Assembly: GCA_036400935.1 (NCBI GenBank)
Contig: DASWWW010000005.1
Location: 21,068 to 85,067, forward strand
DNA: 64,000 nucleotides
Reading direction: 5' to 3'
From: Minisyncoccota bacterium
Lineage (GTDB): Bacteria > Patescibacteriota > Minisyncoccia > Phycocordibacterales > UBA6065
Shown here: one piece after another, positions 20,008-28,663 of the stretch
Position numbering within the stretch: position 1 is the first letter of the stretch
Layout: every line of letters starts with the position of its first letter
The notes under the pieces: model-generated
Seen by the model: only the letters and a program-made list of their open reading frames with translations
Database searches by the model: none
What the model was told of the DNA's origin: nothing
Made by a program: the position numbers and the translations under genes

Positions 20008-20172
20008 CAAGCGCGAAAAATCCTGCCTGTGGCAGGATTTTCGCTTGTCCGAGCCGCAGCCATATTTTTCGCCTCGAAAAATGGCGAGGCGGGGTCGCGG
20101 ACGATTCGAGCGACGGCGAGAATCGATCCGTGACGACAAGAGAAAAATACCTTGCGTTGCAAGGTATTTTTC
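20004..20172 (+). repeat. Multi-hairpin tRNA 3' trailer element
   Basis: Three or more inverted repeats; AGCCATAT-N15-ATGGCGAGGCGG motif shared with the tRNA-Phe trailer. Confidence 0.7.
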
Positions 20173-20201
20173 GTTGGAGCTCTACGTGACGCAGAACCTC
20201 T

Positions 20202-20582
20202 CTAAAATGCGTGATTATCGTCAAACTCGAAGTAGTTCTGGGTAATCTCCTCTCCCTGCTTTATATCCCTATTCGCTACCAGAGGATACTCAACATCCTC
20301 GAACGACGTATCTGTGCTGACATTTCCATCCTTCGCATGATTTATGAATCTCACGTTATCAAAAGAGATGTGATAGTTCCCCGTCTTCCTGCTATTGAAT
20401 CCATAAAAAAGAATAAAGTCCTTTTCTCGCTGGTCCAGCTTTTCGAAATCAGTAGGCGAAATTTCGGTATCGAGACCTGGAGAAAACTTCCATATCCGTG
20501 CCCCTTTCGCTATATCCTGATCGGCAAAAAGACCGATACCGTGAATAGCGCTTGCCTTTGGCGTCGCTTTGATAAGTAACAT
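20202..20582 (-). CDS. SET domain protein
   Basis: IHGIGLFA..I.KG, RFINH, ANRDIKQGEEITQNY. Confidence 0.92.
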   Translation of the reverse strand: MLLIKATPKASAIHGIGLFADQDIAKGARIWKFSPGLDTEISPTDFEKLDQREKDFILFYGFNSRKTGNYHISFDNVRFINHAKDGNVSTDTSFEDVEYPLVANRDIKQGEEITQNYFEFDDNHAF

Positions 20583-20624
20583 ATTGAAAGTATAGCAAAG
20601 AATCTTATTCTTGCTTGGTTAAAT

Positions 20625-20655
20625 AGGTCCTAACGTCGTACAACAGATCGGACAA
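20625..20655 (+). repeat. att-like repeat R1
   Basis: AGGTCCTAACGTCGTACAACAGATCGGACAA. Confidence 0.9.
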
Positions 20656-20788
20656 ATTTTGAAAAAGCTCGTCGCGCGACGAGCTTTTTCATATATTTAC
20701 AATTAAATATATATGTGTGTTGTTGTAAATAAGCTCTTGAATCAACCCGAGGGCAGATAGTTCATCTCAAAATATATTAAAAGAGCTC

Positions 20789-21058
20789 ATGATGAATCCT
20801 TCTGCCTCACAAGCAGAAAGGACCGTTATGGCTACATGTTCATATTGTGGCTGGCATCAGGGTCGTCACGACACTGGGTGCCCTGTCAGTCCCGCGCACG
20901 ATGAGGTAAAGATGAGAAAGTGGAAATGCGGATATGAGGACGGTAGTTCTGGAAAGGACTACTGGTCTTCTGATCCGAGTTATCGCATAGGCATGGGACG
21001 CGGCATAGTCGCGCTCGAGACTCGGGAGAACGAAGTCGATCCCCGTCTGTATAACTAA
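20789..21058 (+). CDS. Hypothetical cassette protein with a CxxC-H-C putative Zn site
   Basis: CSYC..H..GC; single ORF between R1 and R2. Confidence 0.65.
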   Translation: MMNPSASQAERTVMATCSYCGWHQGRHDTGCPVSPAHDEVKMRKWKCGYEDGSSGKDYWSSDPSYRIGMGRGIVALETRENEVDPRLYN

Positions 21059-21117
21059 ATAGCCACAACAAACCCCGCGATAACATCAAGGGGTTTCGTT
21101 ATTTCCATACCTAAAAC

Positions 21118-21148
21118 AGGTCCTAACGTCGTACAACAGATCGGACAA
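21118..21148 (+). repeat. att-like repeat R2
   Basis: Identical to R1 (31/31). Confidence 0.9.
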
Positions 21149-21185
21149 TTAGACGATGTTAGTACGTGACAATAAAAAAACCGGG

Positions 21186-21518
21186 CTACTCCGGTTTGGT
21201 GTCAGCTTTTGGACACGGTTTCCAGTTTTCAAGTTGATTCATCGCCCTTTCTTCACCGGAGATAGGTTTTCCTGCCCACCCCTCCATATCCTCATAATAC
21301 ATTCTATCGAGCTTGACTCTTAATAACGTCTGAAGCTCGGTTTTGAGAATACCAGTGTTATCTGTTTTTGCTACATCAACAGCACTTGAATACATTAAGG
21401 ACCTGCATGCAGTGAGCATGAGTCCTCGCTTATCCGCCAAGGTTTGTCCCGTTGCGCTCTGACAGTGTGCATGCAAAGTTTGAATGTTCATGGCTTTAGT
21501 AATTAGAATCTCAGCCAT
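21186..21518 (-). CDS. Hypothetical cassette protein
   Basis: 110-aa AT-rich ORF, the single ORF between R2 and R3. Confidence 0.55.
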   Translation of the reverse strand: MAEILITKAMNIQTLHAHCQSATGQTLADKRGLMLTACRSLMYSSAVDVAKTDNTGILKTELQTLLRVKLDRMYYEDMEGWAGKPISGEERAMNQLENWKPCPKADTKPE

Positions 21519-21550
21519 GTGAAAATAGTTTCACCCGTGAATAGCAAAAT

Positions 21551-21581
21551 GAGTTCTAACGTCGTGCATCAAATCGGACAA
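21551..21581 (+). repeat. att-like repeat R3
   Basis: GAGTTCTAACGTCGTGCATCAAATCGGACAA, 25/31 to R1. Confidence 0.85.
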
Positions 21582-21711
21582 GCGAGTCAAATAGCTAGAA
21601 GAGACTTTTTTTCTTCCAACCATTTGTGAACGCGGCCGCTCCCGTATGTACTTCACACGAGGCGAACAGAACAAGCGAGGCTGCCCGAGGCTTCTGATAT
21701 ACTTTATTCAT

Positions 21712-22260
21712 ATGAAAAAAACATTTTTTGCCATGGCTTTAACAGCTATCGTCTTGGCAGCCGGAGGTCTTTACCTGCATTCGAAAAGCAGAGAATCTGC
21801 TGAGTCCATCGAGAATCTGGCAAACCGGGAAACGGCACTTGCAGTAAAAGACTGGAAAGCCTGCAAGAACAAGCAGTATGGTTACGAGGCAAAATACCCA
21901 CCGACTTGGACTACCTTCATACCAGTCTCTGGCGGGCGAGCCCCCATGCCTTGCGGCACCGAGAACCAGAGTCAGATCGAATTCTCTTTGTCAGCCAAAG
22001 GGACACCTGTCATAAGCTTGGAAGCAAGCTTCGAATCGTGGTTTTATGGAAACACCCTCCATTCGCTTGATGACTACATAGCATCAAGCAGCTTGAAGCA
22101 TCGTCAGCTGGAAAAACTGATGATTGATGGAGAGAAAGCTGTCTCTGAAGAAGGTAAATGGATTTACACGTTCCACAAGGGAGACGTGTTCAGGTTCTCT
22201 TTTTATGGCGTAGACAAAGAGACTACCGAACAGTTCCTGTCAGCATTCAGATTCAACTAA
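21712..22260 (+). CDS. Exported PsbP-like/surface protein
   Basis: Signal/TM anchor, WK.CKNKQYGYEAKYP..W motif, C-terminal FLSAFRF. Confidence 0.7.
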   Translation: MKKTFFAMALTAIVLAAGGLYLHSKSRESAESIENLANRETALAVKDWKACKNKQYGYEAKYPPTWTTFIPVSGGRAPMPCGTENQSQIEFSLSAKGTPVISLEASFESWFYGNTLHSLDDYIASSSLKHRQLEKLMIDGEKAVSEEGKWIYTFHKGDVFRFSFYGVDKETTEQFLSAFRFN

Positions 22261-22264
22261 AAGG

Positions 22265-22295
22265 AGGTCCTGACGTCATACGTCAGAACGGACAG
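22265..22295 (+). repeat. att-like repeat R4
   Basis: AGGTCCTGACGTCATACGTCAGAACGGACAG, 25/31 to R1. Confidence 0.85.
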
Positions 22296-22459
22296 TCAGA
22301 AAAACACCTCGAATACGAGGCGTTTTTCTTTTGCGTAGGCGACTTTAGCCATCTTGACGTTAGTAATTTTTTAATGCAAGATACAGAAGTTGCCCCCATC
22401 AACAACGACACGGGGCGATATCCCTCTGAGATTGTCAGAGAAAAAAGAAAGTTCCTCAC

Positions 22460-23272
22460 ATGCTAGATGATATTAGGTACAATCGGCAAAATCCGCCGAC
22501 GAACCTCGTAGCCGCCGAGATACGCTCGGCCAAGGTAAAGGCGAGTATACGTCAGATCGAATCAGACCTGAGATCAAAGCCCGCGAGCGAATTCCTTACC
22601 GTAGATGAATACCAGAACTGGTACCATCGGGCGCGCGGAGCGCTATCCCACCTCAGAAGAGAGAATCGATTCCTCGACGTGTGGATGGAACTAGAGAGAG
22701 CAGGAAACGAACAACACCCGGGCCAAGACGAATTCGATCACGAGCTGGCCGCACTCCTCAACGAGATTATCTACAAGCCGCTCTATAGTCGCGACAATCT
22801 CCCGCAAAGCAGAGAAACGGCGCTCGCCCGTCGCGCGGTCATCATCGAGGAGAAGAAATGGATCGAATCAGCGATCGTCGCCCTCAAGAGGCTAGGCCTG
22901 GAATCAGGTACATTCCCTACCATTGATTCAATGCAAGAGGGCGTAGTCCTTGAGCCAACCCGCGCGGTCATTCGAAGCATCGACAGCGAGCTCGGAGTGC
23001 TTGGCGCGTACATCAGGTCGGTTAAGGCGACCACCGCGTCGCTCGTACAAAGCAAGTTGAGCGATGATTTCAAGGAAATGAATGCTATCAAGGACGAGAT
23101 CGGTACACCCGGCTTCGTCGTAGAGTGGATGCTATCCCTAATGCTCCCGCGCAAGGATTCGCTCGGCCTAAGCCCAGAGGACATGCGAAAGCTCGCCCTC
23201 GCCGCCCGGTACATCGAGCTCGTCAAGAAATGCGCGGCAACCAAGAAAGAAATCCTCCAGCCTAGCTCATAG
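22460..23272 (+). CDS. Hypothetical helical protein
   Basis: 270-aa ORF followed by a terminator-like hairpin and T-run. Confidence 0.7.
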   Translation: MLDDIRYNRQNPPTNLVAAEIRSAKVKASIRQIESDLRSKPASEFLTVDEYQNWYHRARGALSHLRRENRFLDVWMELERAGNEQHPGQDEFDHELAALLNEIIYKPLYSRDNLPQSRETALARRAVIIEEKKWIESAIVALKRLGLESGTFPTIDSMQEGVVLEPTRAVIRSIDSELGVLGAYIRSVKATTASLVQSKLSDDFKEMNAIKDEIGTPGFVVEWMLSLMLPRKDSLGLSPEDMRKLALAARYIELVKKCAATKKEILQPSS

Positions 23273-23332
23273 TCATGAGCGGGCTTTTTTATTCTCAAAT
23301 CCGGCCTTTGTGCTAAGCTATCCTAGTCAGAC

Positions 23333-23413
23333 GGGCGGATGGTGGAATGGCAGACACACTAGCCTTAGGAGCTAGCGCCGCAAGGCATGAGGGTTCAAGT
23401 CCCTCTCCGCCCA
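23333..23413 (+). tRNA. tRNA-Leu(TAG)
   Basis: GGGCGGA/TCCGCCC stem, CTAGC-CTTAGGA-GCTAG arm, variable arm. Confidence 0.94.
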
Positions 23414-23509
23414 CATATACATATTTGACAATATGTGTTTTTTATCATATTGTCCGCAACGGATCGGTCGTTGCCACGGCATACAGACGGATACCATACC
23501 TTTTTATTC

Positions 23510-23875
23510 ATGAACATACTGATAGTCGAGAGCAACCCTCACATTGTCGAGATGCTGCGCCCGTTCCTCGAGCAAGCCTGCAGCGTTGCCAGCCACGAAA
23601 TACTCCACGCCGCCTCAATCCAAGAAATCGGCAGGATTATCGTGACCGAGGCGGGGATCGATCTCGTGCTCTGCGCAAACAGGCTCCACAAAGCTCCTGT
23701 GGGCGACCTGCTGCAGACCCTTCACACCGCATGGCCCAACGCCCTCCTCTGCCTCATGTCGGACGACCATGTCGCGCCACAAAACCATGCCGCCGATATT
23801 TTCGTAGAAAAGGTCGAGCTGGTGAAAGAATTGCCCGAAATCGTCGATGCGGCAAAAAGACGCATGGCCAAATAG
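23510..23875 (+). CDS. Stand-alone (pseudo)receiver domain protein
   Basis: MNILIVESN, IDLVLCA, CLMS, FVEK follow the CheY-like pattern, but the phosphoacceptor Asp is absent. Confidence 0.7.
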   Translation: MNILIVESNPHIVEMLRPFLEQACSVASHEILHAASIQEIGRIIVTEAGIDLVLCANRLHKAPVGDLLQTLHTAWPNALLCLMSDDHVAPQNHAADIFVEKVELVKELPEIVDAAKRRMAK

Positions 23876-23950
23876 ACAGTGCCCGGAAACGCTTCGCGTT
23901 TCCGGGCTTTTTTATTACCGAAAATTGCCGTGACCATGATCACCATATAT

Positions 23951-23979
23951 TTGACTTATTGTAAAACAATAAGTAATAT
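23951..23979 (+). promoter_or_regulatory. Sigma70 promoter overlapped by a palindromic operator
   Basis: TTGACT-N17-TAATAT with ACTTATTGT-AAA-ACAATAAGT inverted repeat. Confidence 0.65.
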
Positions 23980-24093
23980 GCACACCGGACCGGTTCTCGG
24001 AAAAATTCAACCTTTTCCTCCCTATCCAGACCTTGAAATACACTTTCACGGACAAACTCAACGACAAACCCTAAATATAGGAGCAAGAAAGCA

Positions 24094-25305
24094 ATGATAC
24101 TGACTGCTGTAATTATCAGCTGCGCCATCCTAATGATAGGAGCCGCCCTGTACGCGTGCTATAAACTCGCGGACTACAACGTGCTCTTCACGCGCGTGCC
24201 CGAAGGAGAAATCATCGGGATCACGTACTCGGAGAAGATCGGCAGATTCATGGGAAACATGACCGGATACTGGATCCATCCCAGAACCGGCCAGGTCCAT
24301 TCTAACGAGGAAGCCGTGCCCGACGATGTCTCGCTGCCCAAAGACCTCTTTGGCACTGGCATCTACTGGCTCGGCATCCCGCCGTTCGCCCAGCGCTACA
24401 CCTACGAGTTCCACTGGAACAAATGGGCGAAGCCTGTCGATCCGGCAACGGGCCTTGAGAAAACGGAATACGCCATCATCCCGCGGCAAGCAATCGTCGA
24501 CTCGATCTACTTCCGGGCCCAATACCCGGTACAAGTCAACGGCTGCGAAACGAAGGAGGGCGTGCCCCTGACCATGACGATCCTCATCACCGTACAGGTG
24601 GATAATGCGGACACGGCATGGTTCAAGATCAAGTCGCCCGGCTGGCTCTCGGCCCTCAACGGCCAAGTGACGGCCGTGCTGCGCGACTGGGTCGGCGGCA
24701 AGACCCTCGAGGAAATCAATACGGCTCAAGCCGAGATCCCCTCCATGGGGCATCACTCGGAGTTCCAGCTGGCATTCTTTACCCTCAACGAGTCGACTGT
24801 GGGCAACTTGAGCATAAAGACAATGCTGGGCGCAGGGCTCAGTGGCGTGCATTTCGTAGGCTATTCGATCGACGAGGCCAGGAATCCCACGCAACGGATC
24901 TCTATCGAGAAGTACTTCGCCAGCAAAGAGGGCGAGGCCGCCATCGAGAAGGCCCGACTAGAGGCGATCGCCGCCCAGGAGACCGCTCAGAAGACGCGCA
25001 CGGAGGCGGAAGCGGCTGCATTCGCCACGGAAAAGCAAGGCGAGGCGGAGGCGAGCGCAAAGCTCGCAATGGCCAAAGCCAACGCCGAAGCCACCATCCT
25101 GCAAGGCGAGGCGGAGGCGAGCGCCATACGGACCAGGGGCGAAGCGGAAGCCCATGTTCAAGCCTTGGTAACGAAAGCCGTCAAGGACAATCCCCATTAC
25201 GGAGCGATGGTCCTGTCGGTCGCGATCAAGGACCAGAAGGCTGCTACGACGCTTGTCGTAAACGCAAACGCCGTTCCGACGATCCCGCTCACGCCCAACA
25301 GCTAA
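24094..25305 (+). CDS. SPFH/band-7 (flotillin-like) membrane protein
   Basis: N-terminal TM helix, CETKEGVPLTMTILITVQV, Ala/Glu-rich GEAEASA repeats. Confidence 0.75.
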   Translation: MILTAVIISCAILMIGAALYACYKLADYNVLFTRVPEGEIIGITYSEKIGRFMGNMTGYWIHPRTGQVHSNEEAVPDDVSLPKDLFGTGIYWLGIPPFAQRYTYEFHWNKWAKPVDPATGLEKTEYAIIPRQAIVDSIYFRAQYPVQVNGCETKEGVPLTMTILITVQVDNADTAWFKIKSPGWLSALNGQVTAVLRDWVGGKTLEEINTAQAEIPSMGHHSEFQLAFFTLNESTVGNLSIKTMLGAGLSGVHFVGYSIDEARNPTQRISIEKYFASKEGEAAIEKARLEAIAAQETAQKTRTEAEAAAFATEKQGEAEASAKLAMAKANAEATILQGEAEASAIRTRGEAEAHVQALVTKAVKDNPHYGAMVLSVAIKDQKAATTLVVNANAVPTIPLTPNS

Positions 25306-25317
25306 TAAAGGACGCAT

Positions 25318-26079
25318 ATGAAAGAAATACTGTTGGTGCTCGCCATCCCTATCGGGACAATCGCCCTCTTGTTCGTCGGCTTCATCGGCACACAAGTAAG
25401 AAAGGAGATGAACCGCAATAGCAAGAACGAATCCATGAAGTACGGCACTCAGGCCCCGCAAGGAGCTCCGAGGACCGATACTTCATGGGGCATCTCCTGG
25501 GCAAGGAACATACCTTGGGCCAAGCTCAAGCCAGGCACGTTCCTCGGCGATGTCATATGGATGGCAGCCGGCCTTGCCTTCATAAACTGGTTCTGCGCGC
25601 AGGCGCTGGATCACATATGGGACGGGTTCTGGGCGCACAAGTCCTTCTGGGCGACTCAAATCGCCCTACTGCTCGCGTGCGTCGGCCTGAGGAATACGAA
25701 GAACGACATAGGCGTAGGCATATGCATCGTCGTGCTCCTCTTGTGCTTCTACAGCATTGTGACCGTAATCCAGGCGCACATGCTGAGCCCGGACTACAAC
25801 AGGCCCAAAGGGCTCGTTGAGGTATTCACCGAGCCAGGCAGATGGTCAGAAAAGTTGGATCCAAAGAGAGTGTATTCGGTCACAAATACCACCGACCGCA
25901 AGTGGCGGCGGACCTTCGTGAATCCGGACAAGGTGACGCACAGGGTATACGAGGATCCGCTACCCTACGGGGACTTCGATCTGCCGACGAACATGAAGTT
26001 TGTGGAGTTCTTCTCGGAAAGGAGCCCGCTCAAGATCGAGCTCTATCCCCCGAAAGACGACCTCAGGCCCGAACGATAA
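25318..26079 (+). CDS. Hypothetical membrane protein
   Basis: Several TM segments; operonic with the SPFH gene. Confidence 0.7.
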   Translation: MKEILLVLAIPIGTIALLFVGFIGTQVRKEMNRNSKNESMKYGTQAPQGAPRTDTSWGISWARNIPWAKLKPGTFLGDVIWMAAGLAFINWFCAQALDHIWDGFWAHKSFWATQIALLLACVGLRNTKNDIGVGICIVVLLLCFYSIVTVIQAHMLSPDYNRPKGLVEVFTEPGRWSEKLDPKRVYSVTNTTDRKWRRTFVNPDKVTHRVYEDPLPYGDFDLPTNMKFVEFFSERSPLKIELYPPKDDLRPER

Positions 26080-26160
26080 GTTCGGGCCTTTTTATTCTCC
26101 AAAAGCGCTCAGCGGTCGGCAAGAAAAAGCCGGGCGCCTTGCGGCGCCCGGCTTTCGCTT

Positions 26161-26412
26161 TTACTTAATCCCAAACGTGCTCTGCAAAATCGCGAGGATG
26201 CCCCACACGGAGCTCATTATGAAGAGCCCGACCGTGCTCCATAGGATATGGTTGGCTCCTTCTTCCCTCGCGCTGCTGTCATCCGCCTTCCTGATGAAAG
26301 TAAAGATGCCGTATATGAAATAAAGGGCGGCCGCGGCGAACAGGAGCTGAACCACAGGGTTCACCACCACGTCCACGAACTTATCGACTTCCTTTATTTC
26401 GAGGATTTTCAT
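26161..26412 (-). CDS. TrbC/VirB2-like pilin
   Basis: Two TM helices around REEGANHILWSTVGLFIM. Confidence 0.75.
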   Translation of the reverse strand: MKILEIKEVDKFVDVVVNPVVQLLFAAAALYFIYGIFTFIRKADDSSAREEGANHILWSTVGLFIMSSVWGILAILQSTFGIK

Positions 26413-26418
26413 CTAAGG

Positions 26419-26778
26419 CTAGATCTGTGGGATAGTCGGGAGCTGCTGAGTAGCCTCGCTTGAGCGGTTCGTGTTCGTGAGTCCGAACGTGTTGTAAAGG
26501 ATGTTGACGAGACCCCAGATAGAGATCATGACGAAAAGGGCGATGACGCCGTAGATGACGGTATTCTTTGCCTTCTCCTTCTTCTCGTCGTCAGAAGCCA
26601 GGAAAACCTGGAACATTCCCCACACGAAGTAGACGACGGTAAGGGAGATGATAAGGGGAAGGATAACGTTCAAGAGATTCCTGATGAACGTGAAGATATC
26701 GTTCAGATTGTTTATCGCAGCAAAGGCCGAGAGAGGCATTACAAGCGACAAAGCGGTGACGATGCTAATTTTTTTCAT
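26419..26778 (-). CDS. TrbC/VirB2-like pilin
   Basis: Signal peptide, KAKNTVIYGVIALFVMISIWGLVNIL. Confidence 0.8.
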   Translation of the reverse strand: MKKISIVTALSLVMPLSAFAAINNLNDIFTFIRNLLNVILPLIISLTVVYFVWGMFQVFLASDDEKKEKAKNTVIYGVIALFVMISIWGLVNILYNTFGLTNTNRSSEATQQLPTIPQI

Positions 26779-26927
26779 ACGTAAATATAACCTGTTAAAT
26801 AATGCTGCTAAAAGCCTTTACCGCGCCATTATACCAATAAAAATCGCGTCAATACAGGGATATGGGGATAATAGGGCCATTTTCCCTATGCGGCTCCAAA
26901 TCGAGGCCTAATAACGACAAAATATAC

Positions 26928-26956
26928 TTGACAATATAGCAACGTAGGTGTATAAT
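26928..26956 (+). promoter_or_regulatory. Consensus sigma70 promoter
   Basis: TTGACA-N17-TATAAT. Confidence 0.8.
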
Positions 26957-27060
26957 AGTATTCGGAACAAGTATACCAGCAAAGGAATGAATAGACCGGC
27001 ACTCCGCCGCCTATGTCCGATGCAGTAGCGCTTGTTTGCACAGAGTGATTCTTTGACATC

Positions 27061-28167
27061 ATGCCAACTCCCCCGAAAGATCCCACCAAGGAAGACCCGA
27101 CCCTCCCGCGCATCCTGCTTGGGGACGATCCCCAAAAGGACAGCCCGGAGCAAGCCAAGGAACGCCTGCGCGTACAGCAAGCGGTCGCCGACCGCGACCG
27201 CAAGCTCAAAGAGCAGGAGCTCGAAAAGCAGAATGCGGAAAAGAAGAAGGCGAGCCCGATCCAGATCACGGTCGCCCTCCTCCTCATCCTCATCCTCGCC
27301 GGCGTGGTCTACATCATCATCGGCATGGGTAAGCAGCCCGAAAAGGTTGCCATCCGTACCGCCGAAGTCGTAACAAGCAGCGTCAGCGCCGCCATCACCA
27401 AAGATGGCGACGAGACCCGCAAGCTCGTTACGATAGATGGCCAGGCCACGCGGACTCACATGACCACGGCTGCAAACGGCATCGCGGCTGCGGCGGCGCA
27501 AAATGCCTCGCAGCTGAAGGCCGACTACGCCGCCGAACTGAAGGGCCTCCTCAGCTCCCTGGGCCTCAAAGAGCTCAAGGAAACTGCGGATGCCACGAAG
27601 GCGGCGGTCGAGGCCAACGGCAAAGCGATCGCCGCCCTTCCGGGCACGATCGCCGGCCAGCAAAGCGACGCGGCGAACGCGGAAGCCCAGAAACGGGCCG
27701 ACGCGATCGCGGCGAAGCAAAAGGCCGACCGGGATGCCGAAGCCAAACGGTTGGCGGACGAGGCCGAAGCGAAGGCAAAGGCGGAAGAAGCGAAGAAGCA
27801 ACCGGCTGGCGAGAAGGTTTCACCTCCTCCGTCCAACTCGTTGTCCTCGCGCATCCCCGCCCACAGCAATCGCGCCGGCCGCATCCTCGGCACCTCGAAG
27901 CCAGCCCCGACGCAAGTCGTGCTCGAACCCTACAAGACGCTCAAGCAATATGAGCTCTCGGAGAAGTTCGATATCGGGCTGATCGAGTCCGCCAAGGTGT
28001 TCCCGTCCAATACGCCCGGTATCATTGCGAAATGCTACCAGGGCGTGGGCACGGGCGACGCGGTCGAGGTTCCGGTGCCGGCTGACGGCAACTACGAACT
28101 CGCTCCGAACACCCGGAAAGTGCAGTTCTACTGCGCGACGGGGCCAATGGCCGTGTACAAGCAATAG
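27061..28167 (+). CDS. Single-pass membrane protein with an Ala/Lys-rich coiled coil
   Basis: One TM helix, TolA-like AEAKAKAEEAKK stretch, C-terminal beta-rich domain. Confidence 0.75.
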   Translation: MPTPPKDPTKEDPTLPRILLGDDPQKDSPEQAKERLRVQQAVADRDRKLKEQELEKQNAEKKKASPIQITVALLLILILAGVVYIIIGMGKQPEKVAIRTAEVVTSSVSAAITKDGDETRKLVTIDGQATRTHMTTAANGIAAAAAQNASQLKADYAAELKGLLSSLGLKELKETADATKAAVEANGKAIAALPGTIAGQQSDAANAEAQKRADAIAAKQKADRDAEAKRLADEAEAKAKAEEAKKQPAGEKVSPPPSNSLSSRIPAHSNRAGRILGTSKPAPTQVVLEPYKTLKQYELSEKFDIGLIESAKVFPSNTPGIIAKCYQGVGTGDAVEVPVPADGNYELAPNTRKVQFYCATGPMAVYKQ

Positions 28168-28248
28168 CGAGTACCGGAGTGGTCCTTCAAACCAAAGAGC
28201 CAAGGCATTTATGCCCTGGCTCTTTTTTCTTGCGCTATTTCTATTAGG

Positions 28249-28659
28249 CTACTTGATGAAAGCCTTGTTGATGACGGCGTCAGAGTCCTTGTCCGAAAGC
28301 CTGAACGTATTGTCCAAGATGTTCACGAGGCCCCAGATCGAGATCATGACGAAGAGTCCGACGATGCCGTAATAGATGGTCTGCTTGCCCTCCTCTCGCT
28401 TCTCCTCGCTGCGGATCATGTTGAATGCCCCGTACACGATGTAGACGACCGCCGCGGCGATCATGAGATAGATGGCGACATTGAATATATCGACGAGGCA
28501 GTTGACGACGCCCGTGATGCCGTTGTCAGCCATAGTCGCGCAGTTGCCGGAGCTCGAGAGCGAAGTTCCAGCTCGGGGGGTCTGGGCCAAAGCAAGCTGA
28601 GGGGCAACAACCGCGACTAGCGAGAGCATTACGAATGCGGAAACCAAAACTTTCTTCAT
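28249..28659 (-). CDS. TrbC/VirB2-like pilin
   Basis: Signal peptide, EEGKQTIYYGIVGLFVMISIWGLVNIL. Confidence 0.8.
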   Translation of the reverse strand: MKKVLVSAFVMLSLVAVVAPQLALAQTPRAGTSLSSSGNCATMADNGITGVVNCLVDIFNVAIYLMIAAAVVYIVYGAFNMIRSEEKREEGKQTIYYGIVGLFVMISIWGLVNILDNTFRLSDKDSDAVINKAFIK

Positions 28660-28663
28660 ATTA

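Noticed and set aside
19495-20245. ORFs overlapping the tRNA cluster (also 23347-23964, 62241-62960)
   Set aside because: They are translations of tRNA genes and palindromic trailers
20625-22295. 31-bp repeats as a CRISPR array
   Set aside because: The spacers are 400-700 bp, contain whole genes, and no cas genes are present
20625-22295. Repeats as classical integron attC sites
   Set aside because: They contain CTAAC but no properly spaced complementary GTTRRRY box or long attC hairpin; R4 lacks the AAC, gene orientation is mixed, and there is no intI
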